DNA from: Klebsiella pneumoniae | GTDB lineage: Bacteria > Desulfobacterota > Binatia > Bin18 | DNA length: 64,000 nucleotides | Assembly (NCBI GenBank): GCA_945865755.1 | Contig: CAMBFS010000003.1 | Span: 1 to 64,000, forward strand | Direction: 5' to 3' | In this document: positions 45,546 to 54,546 of the stretch, piece by piece | How the letters are laid out: the number at the start of each line of letters is the position of its first letter | Position numbering within the stretch: the first letter of the stretch is position 1 | Notes under the pieces: model-generated | Seen by the model: only the letters and a program-made list of their open reading frames with translations | Databases searched by the model: none | What the model was told of the DNA's origin: nothing | Position numbers and translations under genes: made by a program

Positions 45546-46568
45546 TCAGTTCCCTTGGATATGATTCCCCAGGTACATGACGCTCCAAACCTGGCTACCA
45601 TCTGGGGTAGGAATCGAGGTCCACGTGTCTCCGGCATCGGTGGACCAGTAAAGCGACCCGTCATCAAGGCTCATTACTGCTTGTCCGGTTGGTGAGAGCG
45701 CGATTGAGCTGACAACTTTGTAGTTGCCTGGATAATCGCGAAAAACAAGACGCCAACTCGCTCCGTTGTCAGTGGATTTCCATACGCCAGAATCAGGCAA
45801 GCCTGGTGAAGAAGACCCGTCACAATCCAACCTCATGCCCCCTGTGAGGAGCACACTGCCGGGTCCTTCGACTTGGTTCCACGTCATCGCCCAGGGCAGC
45901 CAGAACATGATCCAGTGGGGAAGGATAGTGAACCGCGTCCAACTGATCCCCTTGTCCGTGGAACGGTAGAGCCCTTGTGATTGCTCCTCTAATGGGATTA
46001 GAGCCGAAGCGTAAGCTTTTCCAGATCGTAGCAGTGTGCCGTTGCCAATATACCATGGGCCTTCGGCAAGATTGATGTGGTAGCTCGGCCCATGAGCATA
46101 CAGTGTCGCACTGGCTCCTAAGTCTGGAGAATAGAGAACGCCGCACTCTGTGTAGATGTCGGTATAGCCCGCAAGGCAGCCATCGACGACCAATTCGGTC
46201 CCTCCCAGATAGGCAAGGTTACCTTTTATAACGAACCCGGGAATGGTGAACTCCCCAAAAGTGCGTCCGCCGTCGGTCGATTTCATGCCCTCGGAGTCAA
46301 GCAAGAGGTGGTCGTGCACATAGAACCCCGTCCCCCAAAATCCCCACCCACCATCGCCCAATCTCTCCCAGCCATCTGCGCCCAAAGGTGTTCCACTCGT
46401 GGTAGGGGCGAGGACGGTAAGTGCCCAGGCTGGTGTACAAGAGAAAGGACGTGGGGAGATTGATTTTCCGAGCCGCCACGGCAATCGCCTTCTCCTCCCC
46501 CATATCGCCCTGAAAGACCAGCATATACTCGCCGGGCGTTTTGGGAGCGGGCACCGAAGGTGGAGCAA
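45546..46568 (-). CDS. BNR/Asp-box repeat beta-propeller protein (start uncertain: ATG at 46286 or fused by frameshift to upstream gene)
   Basis: repeated S-x-D-x-G-x-T-W motifs (STDGGRTF, STDKGISW, STDNGASW, STDAGDTW); ORF overlaps 3' end of 46297..47928 in another frame. Confidence 0.55.
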   Translation of the reverse strand: MLHLRCPLPKRPASICWSFRAIWGRRRRLPWRLGKSISPRPFSCTPAWALTVLAPTTSGTPLGADGWERLGDGGWGFWGTGFYVHDHLLLDSEGMKSTDGGRTFGEFTIPGFVIKGNLAYLGGTELVVDGCLAGYTDIYTECGVLYSPDLGASATLYAHGPSYHINLAEGPWYIGNGTLLRSGKAYASALIPLEEQSQGLYRSTDKGISWTRFTILPHWIMFWLPWAMTWNQVEGPGSVLLTGGMRLDCDGSSSPGLPDSGVWKSTDNGASWRLVFRDYPGNYKVVSSIALSPTGQAVMSLDDGSLYWSTDAGDTWTSIPTPDGSQVWSVMYLGNHIQGN

Positions 46569-47928
46569 GGGCGGGCAGAGGCATAGTTTGATCTTTGGCT
46601 AACCCAGCCTCCGGCGTCGGCCACGGCTTGGCCTTGGTGCTGTCATTGGGGTCCGGGTCGACGGGATGACGCTTGCCGTCCACATCGTCGTAGTACAACG
46701 TGAAGGTCCCTTTCAGTAATTCGCTGCCTTCGTTCTTGATGACGCGCGAACCTGGGTTTTGGCTGTCGTCCACGACCGCAATCTTGCCGCGAAAGAAGTA
46801 GTTGATGAGGCCCGCGCTGTAGCCCACCGCGCGGGGCAGGAGTTTTCTTGCATACCCTTCATGGACTTTATTCGTGAGAACGTAGCCCCCACGTAGCGGG
46901 GGTGTTTGATTTTGCTCAAGCCGTTCATACCATACCCCTTCCGCGACAAAGCGCTGAACCGGTTCTCCGTCCGTGGCCAGCTTTGGGAAATACCGCCGAT
47001 AGCCTCCCTCTTCAGGCTCAAAAGTGCCAGCTCCCAGCCCTTCGGTTCGTGGTAACGGAAAATCGGTAAAAATAGTATCGGCGCTGACAAAGTTCGCGTT
47101 CGAATATTCCGCAAGGCCAATGTTGAACCCGGTCAACAGACTTGGGACCAATGCGCCCGTATAGGTGTCGCTATCAATAAGCCGTGCGATGGGGACTGGG
47201 GCGAGGGAGTTGGCATACGGCGCGGTTAGCAGCTCCTCGGCAGGATAATCTGGCGACTGGTTGAGAAACGCGAAAAAACAATGAAGTCCACCGGTACTGC
47301 AAATATCTGTCTCTTCTCCCAGCCGAGCATATTCCGCCCACCGTTCGTAGGGATCCTTGTCCGGCCCCACGACTATGTGCGCGTCATCACGCGTATGGGC
47401 GGGGACCGAAGCGTCTTGGATCAAATGCACTGCGTTCCCGAGCGTTCGAAAGGTTTCGGCAAACCACTGTTCCCGGTCGGTTGGCGCGCCCGCAGTCAAC
47501 GCTTGCTCGTAGTAACGGCGCGCACTCGGCCAGCCACGCTCTAAGCCTACTCCCCAGGCGTCCAGACTACTGAGCTGCTCTGCGCTCTGCTGCCAGACGA
47601 TGGAAGACTGCGACCCCAGCAGGAGCGTTTTCCCGGCCGACTCCCAAGGCATGAAAGGATTATGGAAATGATGGGTTACCCGACTGGGAGGCCAATCTTC
47701 GAGTGCCGCCCCTTCGCCAAGCCACTTTTGTAGGGTCTTTTCCTTGAAGATTGAATCAATACCGTCGGGTATTCCTAACTCGTCTTTCAATATCTGATCA
47801 ACATGTGACACCTCAGGCTTTGCTGCCTGTTCGGCTATAGCTCGGTGTGTATCTGGTCTATATGCGTGTCCCGTTTCATAAGCCCCAACACACAGAAGGA
47901 AGAGAAGCAATTTTATGGCTTGTTTCAT
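46297..47928 (-). CDS. secreted zinc-dependent phospholipase C / S1-P1 nuclease superfamily protein
   Basis: signal peptide; H-x3-D-x3-P-x-H zinc-binding motif (HLIQDASVPAH) as in PLC/P1 nuclease. Confidence 0.55.
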   Translation of the reverse strand: MKQAIKLLLFLLCVGAYETGHAYRPDTHRAIAEQAAKPEVSHVDQILKDELGIPDGIDSIFKEKTLQKWLGEGAALEDWPPSRVTHHFHNPFMPWESAGKTLLLGSQSSIVWQQSAEQLSSLDAWGVGLERGWPSARRYYEQALTAGAPTDREQWFAETFRTLGNAVHLIQDASVPAHTRDDAHIVVGPDKDPYERWAEYARLGEETDICSTGGLHCFFAFLNQSPDYPAEELLTAPYANSLAPVPIARLIDSDTYTGALVPSLLTGFNIGLAEYSNANFVSADTIFTDFPLPRTEGLGAGTFEPEEGGYRRYFPKLATDGEPVQRFVAEGVWYERLEQNQTPPLRGGYVLTNKVHEGYARKLLPRAVGYSAGLINYFFRGKIAVVDDSQNPGSRVIKNEGSELLKGTFTLYYDDVDGKRHPVDPDPNDSTKAKPWPTPEAGLAKDQTMPLPALAPPSVPAPKTPGEYMLVFQGDMGEEKAIAVAARKINLPTSFLLYTSLGTYRPRPYHEWNTFGRRWLGEIGRWWVGILGDGVLCARPPLA

Positions 47929-47930
47929 AA

Positions 47931-48587
47931 CTATCTCCTGAAGCCAAGAAAGGCACGTTCAGCCATTTCGGCTTCCTTGAGGTGCTGCTTTTGCTGCAAT
48001 GGAACTGCAGAGGCCTCATTGAATTCGTGATAAAAATCTAACCGCTCTTCTTTCGTCTTGAGCGGCGGCAACTCGATCACCGCACCCTCGCCCTCAAAGC
48101 GAGCCCATTGCTCGTGATACCATTGCTCAAGGATTGGTCTGTGTTGCTCCACTTGGCGACGCTGCTCCGCGGGTGGCAGCTTTTCCCGGAGTTTTTCCAG
48201 CGGATGCCTCTGGAAAGACCAGAGTCCGTACCCCGGCTTGAAGATCACTCGCTCTGGGCCTTCGTAGTGGGTTAGGAAAGGCAACAGCGGGACCAGGGAG
48301 CGACGCGCCGCGATGACAAACCGCCCATCTACTCCGGTCACGACCTCCTCGGAGTCATAATAGGTGCCCACACAGTGCGCATCGCCCAAGTAACAGCGCC
48401 TCCACCAAAACAACACGACGACACCTTCTAGTGGATGTCCCGTTTCAGCATCCACCACTTGCGCTCTCCACGGCCCTTTCCATGGTTTCGCGATGAGATT
48501 GTCAGTCCAAATAATCAGCCACCACACCCCAAGCAAGGTCAGATACGTCCCTACCAGCCACTTACAGGTACGTGTCCCAAGTCGCAT
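47931..48587 (-). CDS. membrane-anchored protein with carboxypeptidase-regulatory-like domain
   Basis: N-terminal TM helix; RAQVVDAETGHPLEGVVV…VDGRF pattern. Confidence 0.45.
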   Translation of the reverse strand: MRLGTRTCKWLVGTYLTLLGVWWLIIWTDNLIAKPWKGPWRAQVVDAETGHPLEGVVVLFWWRRCYLGDAHCVGTYYDSEEVVTGVDGRFVIAARRSLVPLLPFLTHYEGPERVIFKPGYGLWSFQRHPLEKLREKLPPAEQRRQVEQHRPILEQWYHEQWARFEGEGAVIELPPLKTKEERLDFYHEFNEASAVPLQQKQHLKEAEMAERAFLGFRR

Positions 48588-48605
48588 GTGTTCCTCCCCT
48601 GCGGT

Positions 48606-50246
48606 TTAGAAGCTCGTTAGCCGCCAGATTCCGTCGTCATCAATATGAAAGCGCACCTCAAAAGATTTGGTCATGGCGCCCGCAGGCCGGAGCATTTCAT
48701 AGCGCGCCTCACCGTCCCGAATCTCCTGGAGGCGAATCGTGGTTAAAATGGTGTCAATGTCTGGAAACGGCGGGGTCAGGGTCTGGAAGACCTCTTGATA
48801 CCGAGCACGCGACCTGCTCCCAATGTGGGTCAGCGCTTGCGCAATGTCTTCCCGCTGTAAGGCGTCTTTGAGCGCGTGCCACTTTGCTTGCAACAGTGCG
48901 TCCAGTGCGTTTGCGTCGAACACTTGGACAATAGTGCGCACTGTGCGTTTCCCTTGTGTCGTGGTAACGCTCGCGGTTGGGAAGTAAAGCCCAGGTTGCG
49001 AATAGGTAAAGGACTGTTCCTCCAAGGTTGCGCCCTCGAAGTCGGTGTGCCCGTCTCCATCTGCATCAAGTGCCACATGCGTGGGCAGCGCACTCACGGA
49101 ACCGAGGGCAATCAGGGTAAAGGTTGTGCGCAAGGGGGCTTGCCCGCTTTCCGCGCTCGCACTCAGAAAAAGGGCGACATTGTCAGCAGGGAGAGTCGGG
49201 GTAATCGTGATCTCATCGTTCACTGCACTCACTCCCGCCCTCGTCGCTTGCGCGGTTAAGGTTGTTGTAACAGTGGTCACGGGAACGAGCAGCGCGAAAT
49301 TCTCCCCTTGTACAGCAGCAACAACACCGTTGACGGTCACTCCCATATCAGGGCCGCCTCCGGTCACTATTCCGCGCACCATTACCATGCCGGTGGGAAC
49401 GCTGCTGCCGTTCGTTGGCGCAGTAATCTGGACGTTGAGCGCTCTGGCAACTTGAAGCGTGATTCCCGGACCAGCATTCCCCGCCGCATCTTGCACAATC
49501 ACCGAAAATGAGTCTCCCGCTTGCGCTGCCACTGTCGCGGTAAAACTCCCATCACCAGCCGCCGTCACCGTCGAGACCTGTCCTGTGCGCGCGTTGGTGA
49601 TCCGCACCTGACTACCACCTTCCACACTGCCCGCCGTGCCACTGACCGTCACCTGTCCGTTGCTCACCGTCCCCACGGTGATGCGCCCGCTCTGTGGGGC
49701 CGCCGGCGGTGTCGTGTCAATCGTGACCTGTCGCGTCGCCGGGAGCGACACATTGCCCGCGAAGTCCGCGACCGTCGCGCTCAGCGCCACCGCCCCTTCC
49801 GGTAACGCGCTGCCTGGGCGGCAGGCCAACTCTGGCGGCGTGATCGTGCAGGGGCTGGGAAACACCACCGTATTCGCCCGCAGTTGCAGCGTGCTGGGGT
49901 CCACTCCTTGGCCGCGATCACTCGCGCTCAGCGTCAACGGCGGACGATTCGTGTTCAGCACCGCGCCCGCCGCTGGCGTGAGAAAACTCAGCGTCGGCGG
50001 CAACAAATCGGTGTACAGCACCAGCGCCCGCAACCGGGTCGTGCCAAAAGTGCGCGTGTGGACGACTTGGCCGGTGAGACGGTAATGGCGTAGCGTCGCA
50101 TCCCGCGCCACCCACGCCGTGTGATCCACCGGGTCCGCCGCCAGCGCGACCACACTCGAACTGTCGTCATCATCTCCGCCACTATTGGGCAGCGAGTAGC
50201 CTGGATGAAGCGGAGCGAAATCCAGGGAGGTGGGTGGGAAATCCAC
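48606..50246 (-). CDS. surface protein with bacterial Ig-like (Big) domains and a PKD-like domain
   Basis: repeated …VTVSGTAG…VRITNARTG…DGSFTATV… Ig-like strands; PKD-like FTYSQPGLY…VTTTQG; no obvious signal peptide at annotated start. Confidence 0.55.
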   Translation of the reverse strand: MDFPPTSLDFAPLHPGYSLPNSGGDDDDSSSVVALAADPVDHTAWVARDATLRHYRLTGQVVHTRTFGTTRLRALVLYTDLLPPTLSFLTPAAGAVLNTNRPPLTLSASDRGQGVDPSTLQLRANTVVFPSPCTITPPELACRPGSALPEGAVALSATVADFAGNVSLPATRQVTIDTTPPAAPQSGRITVGTVSNGQVTVSGTAGSVEGGSQVRITNARTGQVSTVTAAGDGSFTATVAAQAGDSFSVIVQDAAGNAGPGITLQVARALNVQITAPTNGSSVPTGMVMVRGIVTGGGPDMGVTVNGVVAAVQGENFALLVPVTTVTTTLTAQATRAGVSAVNDEITITPTLPADNVALFLSASAESGQAPLRTTFTLIALGSVSALPTHVALDADGDGHTDFEGATLEEQSFTYSQPGLYFPTASVTTTQGKRTVRTIVQVFDANALDALLQAKWHALKDALQREDIAQALTHIGSRSRARYQEVFQTLTPPFPDIDTILTTIRLQEIRDGEARYEMLRPAGAMTKSFEVRFHIDDDGIWRLTSF

Positions 50247-50317
50247 GGAGCATCCCGGATTCCACTCCGTTCCATCCGGGCTACGGGACTTGAGACTTGG
50301 ACCTTGGACGGTCTGCG

Positions 50318-51175
50318 TTATGCCGCCGCGAACGCCGGAGCCTTCCCCGCGAGAAATGTCCCTAGTTCTTTTGCCGGGAACTGTAACCCCACGTAGAACG
50401 TGCCGAACAACCCATACACCGCGCTCGCTTCATCAAAGCGCATTTCGTAGACCAGTTTCTTGAACACCAACGGGTCATCGGCGAACAGATCGACACCCCA
50501 CTCCCAGTCGTCGAAACCAATCGAGCCGGAAATAATCTGCGTCACCTGACCAGCATATTTGCGTCCGATCATCCCGTGGTCGCGCATCATCAGGTGTCGA
50601 TCAGTAATCGGGGCTTGATACCAGTTCTTGTGTTCGCCTCGCTTCTTATCCATTGGATAGAAGCAGAGATAGCGGCGCGCGGGGATTTTCGGCCATAGGC
50701 GCGGTGTGGCGGCACGGCGCTGCTGGGTCAATTCCGCATCAATCGCCTGTTGCCATTCCGCCGTGCCTGGTTGAATCCCTTTCTCTTGCAAGGAAAGGTA
50801 CAGCCGCGTGCTCGCGTCGTATAACCCAAGCTCGACAACGGATAAGTACGATGTCGTCGGTTCGAGAAATTCCGCCAGTCGCAGTTGGGCAAGTTGGAGT
50901 TCGGCGGCGTTCAGATCATCAAAGGTCCTACGGAAATGCAGGACTAAGAGATCGCCCTTATGCCCAACCATGGAGAAGAGCGCACTTGGTCCCTCCCCTT
51001 GCTCCATCTTTGTGAACGTGGCCGTCGCGTCTTCGAGCGCACGTTGCTGTTCCGTGGCGGAAAGCGCCTTCCACGCGGGCCAGCGCACGCGAAACATTTG
51101 GTGAAGGATGCTCCAGCCTTCGAGCGCAAGCGGGACGGCGGGCAGATTGGCGTTGTGGGGCGGCGTGTGTTCCAT
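50318..51175 (-). CDS. hemQ: chlorite-dismutase-family coproheme decarboxylase (HemQ/ChdC-like)
   Basis: family-typical segments …YLSVVELGLY… and …KNWYQAP…RHLMMRDHGMIGRKYAG…. Confidence 0.75.
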   Translation of the reverse strand: MEHTPPHNANLPAVPLALEGWSILHQMFRVRWPAWKALSATEQQRALEDATATFTKMEQGEGPSALFSMVGHKGDLLVLHFRRTFDDLNAAELQLAQLRLAEFLEPTTSYLSVVELGLYDASTRLYLSLQEKGIQPGTAEWQQAIDAELTQQRRAATPRLWPKIPARRYLCFYPMDKKRGEHKNWYQAPITDRHLMMRDHGMIGRKYAGQVTQIISGSIGFDDWEWGVDLFADDPLVFKKLVYEMRFDEASAVYGLFGTFYVGLQFPAKELGTFLAGKAPAFAAA

Positions 51176-51210
51176 GTCATGTTCCTCAAAACACCGGGAA
51201 CCGGGGAAAG

Positions 51211-51244
51211 GGGTAAACGGTTAAAAGGGTAAACGGTTAAAAGG
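51211..51244. promoter_or_regulatory. perfect 16-bp tandem direct repeat GGTAAACGGTTAAAAG x2 upstream of hemQ
   Basis: read directly ~40 bp upstream of hemQ start codon. Confidence 0.3.
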
Positions 51245-51347
51245 AAAAATATATTTGAGAATCTTTCTTCTCCCATTTCCCCTTTGACCCATTTCCCCTT
51301 TTCCCCCGATTCCTCGTTTCCCTGGCTTGTTACTGAATTTTTGTTTT

Positions 51348-52700
51348 CTACATTGCCTGATTCAGCGCGGCGAGCAACTCCCGCAGGTTGCCACAGGGGA
51401 GGACCTCATTACTCGCGCGGGCGTAGAGACCGATCACACTGTCTCCGGTATTCCACCGCTCCTGCGCTTCAGGATTGAGCCAAACCAGTGTCTTCACCTG
51501 GGCACGCATGCGGGTGAGCAAATCTGGTCGTGGTGGACGACGATTATTGCGCGCATCACCGAGAATCAGCACGACCGTGTGCGGAGTCAGCACCTGTTCG
51601 CCAATATCCCGCCAAAAATGTTGCAGTACTTGGCCAAAGTCCGAGCGTGCATAGAGGTCCATTTCGGCATGCGGCACGACATGCCCATGCTCAAATGACA
51701 CTTCACATAAACGATCCACGTAGGCGAAGGTCCGCACCCGGCGAAAAAACGCGGAGGCTGGAGACAACAAGGCCAAGAGGAAATCGCTTACGAGCGCGAC
51801 CGAGCCGGAGAGATCGCACAGCGCGAGGAGGTCCGGCTTTCCAGGGCGGCGTCCACGAAATCGCAAGTCGATGGCGACTCCACCGCGTGGAATCGCGGCA
51901 CGGATGGTACGACGAAAGTCGAGCCGCCCGCGTTTCTTCCGTTTGTAACGACGACTCAAACGACCCCGAAACTGTCGCGCGAGCTGCTCCACTAACTCTT
52001 TGCTTGCTTCCACATCCCGCGCATCAAATGCGCTGAATGGTTTGTCCAGCAAGGCTTTCTGACGTGCGCGTCGCGCTTTGAAGCCGTTTTGGTCTTGTTC
52101 TGCTTGGTGTCCAGTCGTGGACTCTTCCTCGGCCACCTCTGCCTGCGCGGATTGAGGTGTGGGTTGTTGTTGGGCGGGTCGTTCCGCGTGCCGCGATGAT
52201 GACGATAGAGGTTTTTGGCTTGGGCGCGGTTGCTGTTGTGGCTGTTCTTGTTGTGGCTGTTCTTGAGGGCGCCCCCCGACTCCCTCTGTTTTCGCCTGTC
52301 GTTTTTCGCCTTGCTCACCACCGTGTTCGTGGTGCTTCCCACGCTGTTGCGCGGCAGGCCCGGCGAAAAAGCGAACGAAGGTCTCGTCAAAGACACCGCG
52401 GTCGTCCTCTTCCTTGACCAAACAGGCGGCGAGTGATTCGCGGAACATGTCGCGTTCGATCCCAATGGCCGCGACCGCGCGCAGGGCATCCATGCTTTCG
52501 CTGATGGAAATACGCAGACCGGCGGTACGGAGTTCCTTGATGAAACGGAGAGTGAGGTCGCGCATATTGCAATTCTCGCTTACTCGTAAGGGCTGATGCA
52601 ACTCGCGAATTTTGACGCCCAAGTTCGGTAATACCCTCAGCGTAGAGAGGCCCCGGCGGGACGTCTCTGCAAGACCCCGATTACCGATTTTGTTCGTCAA
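51348..52700 (-). CDS. VWA-domain protein, CoxE-like, with long low-complexity Q/P/E-rich central region
   Basis: C-terminal …DLLALCDLSGSVALVSDFLL… vWA MIDAS-like segment. Confidence 0.6.
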   Translation of the reverse strand: MTNKIGNRGLAETSRRGLSTLRVLPNLGVKIRELHQPLRVSENCNMRDLTLRFIKELRTAGLRISISESMDALRAVAAIGIERDMFRESLAACLVKEEDDRGVFDETFVRFFAGPAAQQRGKHHEHGGEQGEKRQAKTEGVGGRPQEQPQQEQPQQQPRPSQKPLSSSSRHAERPAQQQPTPQSAQAEVAEEESTTGHQAEQDQNGFKARRARQKALLDKPFSAFDARDVEASKELVEQLARQFRGRLSRRYKRKKRGRLDFRRTIRAAIPRGGVAIDLRFRGRRPGKPDLLALCDLSGSVALVSDFLLALLSPASAFFRRVRTFAYVDRLCEVSFEHGHVVPHAEMDLYARSDFGQVLQHFWRDIGEQVLTPHTVVLILGDARNNRRPPRPDLLTRMRAQVKTLVWLNPEAQERWNTGDSVIGLYARASNEVLPCGNLRELLAALNQAM

Positions 52701-52802
52701 AATTTTTTTGCAGGCGGATACGACAGATACGACATGACTACCTGCCGCTGGATTTCAAGTCCTTGCCCAATGTCTTACTAACGAGAGTGACCGTATTGAC
52801 CG

Positions 52803-53258
52803 TTAGGGGCTTGCCATCAGTGGGACAACGGTGATGTATCCGGCAAACCGCTTAAAGTCGTCGGTGTTGTGGGTAAGCAAGCTCGGAATGTTGTAGGTTA
52901 ACATCGTCGCCACGATGTTGGCGTCGTGGATTTGTTTCCCGCCAAGGGGGATCGTCCGTAAGAACTCGGCTAAGAAAGCCAATCCGGATTTTGTTTCCTC
53001 GACAACGGTAAAGTCCGTTTGGAAAGTCCGAAAATTTTCCAGTATTTTTGGTAAGGAAAGGGTCCCGGTTTTGGCGGGCCGGGTCGCCGCCGCGAGATAT
53101 TCCCGGAGAATCTGGGGACTGAGAATCAAGTCAACGCCGCGTTGCCGGGCCGTCTGGAGGGCGGTGTTGGCTACCTCGTGCCAGGGCGAGGCCTCATTCG
53201 TGGCATAGATCAGGATGTTGGTATCAACAAACAGCCGATCAACGTCCGTAGTCTCCAT
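52803..53258 (-). CDS. vapC: PIN-domain toxin VapC
   Basis: DRLFVDTNILIYA… PIN signature; overlaps upstream antitoxin gene. Confidence 0.8.
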   Translation of the reverse strand: METTDVDRLFVDTNILIYATNEASPWHEVANTALQTARQRGVDLILSPQILREYLAAATRPAKTGTLSLPKILENFRTFQTDFTVVEETKSGLAFLAEFLRTIPLGGKQIHDANIVATMLTYNIPSLLTHNTDDFKRFAGYITVVPLMASP

Positions 53259-53478
53259 ACAGGTCCTCCCGTTGGAACGTGCATTCTTCAGGCCACGCTT
53301 CCCACTTCCAAGTGGCCAGTTTCAGCGGAGGCTTGAGAAGCCGTTCAGGAGAGAGCCTCGTGTGTGTCGTATCAATGACGACAACAACCCGATGCTCGCC
53401 TGGTGCTATGTTCGTGGGTAAACTGATGGTGAGTTTTCCGTCTCCTGTCACCACTGCTGTCGTTTCTATCGTTCGCAT
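53239..53478 (-). CDS. vapB: AbrB/MazE (SpoVT-AbrB) type antitoxin VapB
   Basis: swapped-hairpin N-terminus (…TTAVVTGDGKLTISLPTNIAPGEHRVVVVI), 79 aa, overlaps vapC. Confidence 0.65.
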   Translation of the reverse strand: MRTIETTAVVTGDGKLTISLPTNIAPGEHRVVVVIDTTHTRLSPERLLKPPLKLATWKWEAWPEECTFQREDLYGDYGR

Positions 53479-53567
53479 AGCTCCCTCTTGTTGCTAATGG
53501 ATGGAGATAAACCGTAACGACAAAGTATTTTCCTGTCTAGGCGCTTTGCGTTGTGGCGCTGCTGGAG

Positions 53568-54344
53568 TTACACCCGTGGCTTGCGCTGCTCGCGATAGAC
53601 GTGCATCGATTCGGAAAACTCGCCAGTGGACACTGAAATGGCGCGAGCCTGTTCAATCTCGCGGGTGAGGGTCTCCGTGTCGAGGTCCCAAGTGCGGGTG
53701 AGCAGATGTTTCGCGCAGGCCGCCGCTTTGCTCCCCAGTTTCAGGCAGCGGTCGGCGAGTTTCTGCGTTTCCGCGCCCAACTGATCGAGCGCGACCAGGC
53801 GCGTGAGCAATCCTAAATGCTCCGCTTGGGTGGCATCGAACCGTTCGCCAAGGATGACAAGCTCCTTGGCTTTCGCCAGGCCAATCAGTTGTGGCAACCG
53901 ATAGATCGGTTCAGTATCGGGAGGTGCGCCGTATAACACCTGGGGGATGGCGAAAAAGGCATTGGTGGCCGCGACACGAAAATCGCACGCCAAAAAGAGT
54001 TCCATGCCCGCCCCAAGACACGGCCCTTGCACCGACGCAATGGTCAGTTGGTCCAGATGCGTGAAGAGGTCGAGCGCGCGTTGCCACGGGCTCCACGTCG
54101 CATTCATCGCTTCCGCAGTCGCCGGACGATTGGCCGCCGCTTGCAGGTCCATCCCCGAACAAAACGCGCGCCCTTCTCCCTTGAGGATAATCACGCGAGT
54201 CTCCGTATCCGCCCGAATCGTGTTGCACGCTTCCTCAAAGTCGAGAATCAGTTGACCATTGACGGCATTCAGCGATGCCGGACGATCAAGCGTCAAAAAG
54301 CCAATCGGCCCTTCCTTCTCAAAACGCAACGTATCCCATTCCAT
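53568..54344 (-). CDS. enoyl-CoA hydratase/isomerase (crotonase) family
   Basis: ILKGEGRAFCSGMDL oxyanion-hole motif; start at MEWDTLRF (54344) after GAGGGGG SD. Confidence 0.8.
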   Translation of the reverse strand: MEWDTLRFEKEGPIGFLTLDRPASLNAVNGQLILDFEEACNTIRADTETRVIILKGEGRAFCSGMDLQAAANRPATAEAMNATWSPWQRALDLFTHLDQLTIASVQGPCLGAGMELFLACDFRVAATNAFFAIPQVLYGAPPDTEPIYRLPQLIGLAKAKELVILGERFDATQAEHLGLLTRLVALDQLGAETQKLADRCLKLGSKAAACAKHLLTRTWDLDTETLTREIEQARAISVSTGEFSESMHVYREQRKPRV

Positions 54345-54546
54345 ACTGCCCCCTCGAAACCCGAAACCCAAAACTTTCCGTATCCCTATAGCAAACCTCC
54401 GCGGCATTGACACGATCGGCCTCCCTTAAGGAAGCGCCAGTTGTCTGCTAGGAGAGGGGCGGTGCTGAAAGCAAGGGACTGGTGGGAACGGAAGCAAACG
54501 GTTACGAACTACCAACCCCCAGAGACAAGGAGATGCCGCAACCCAC

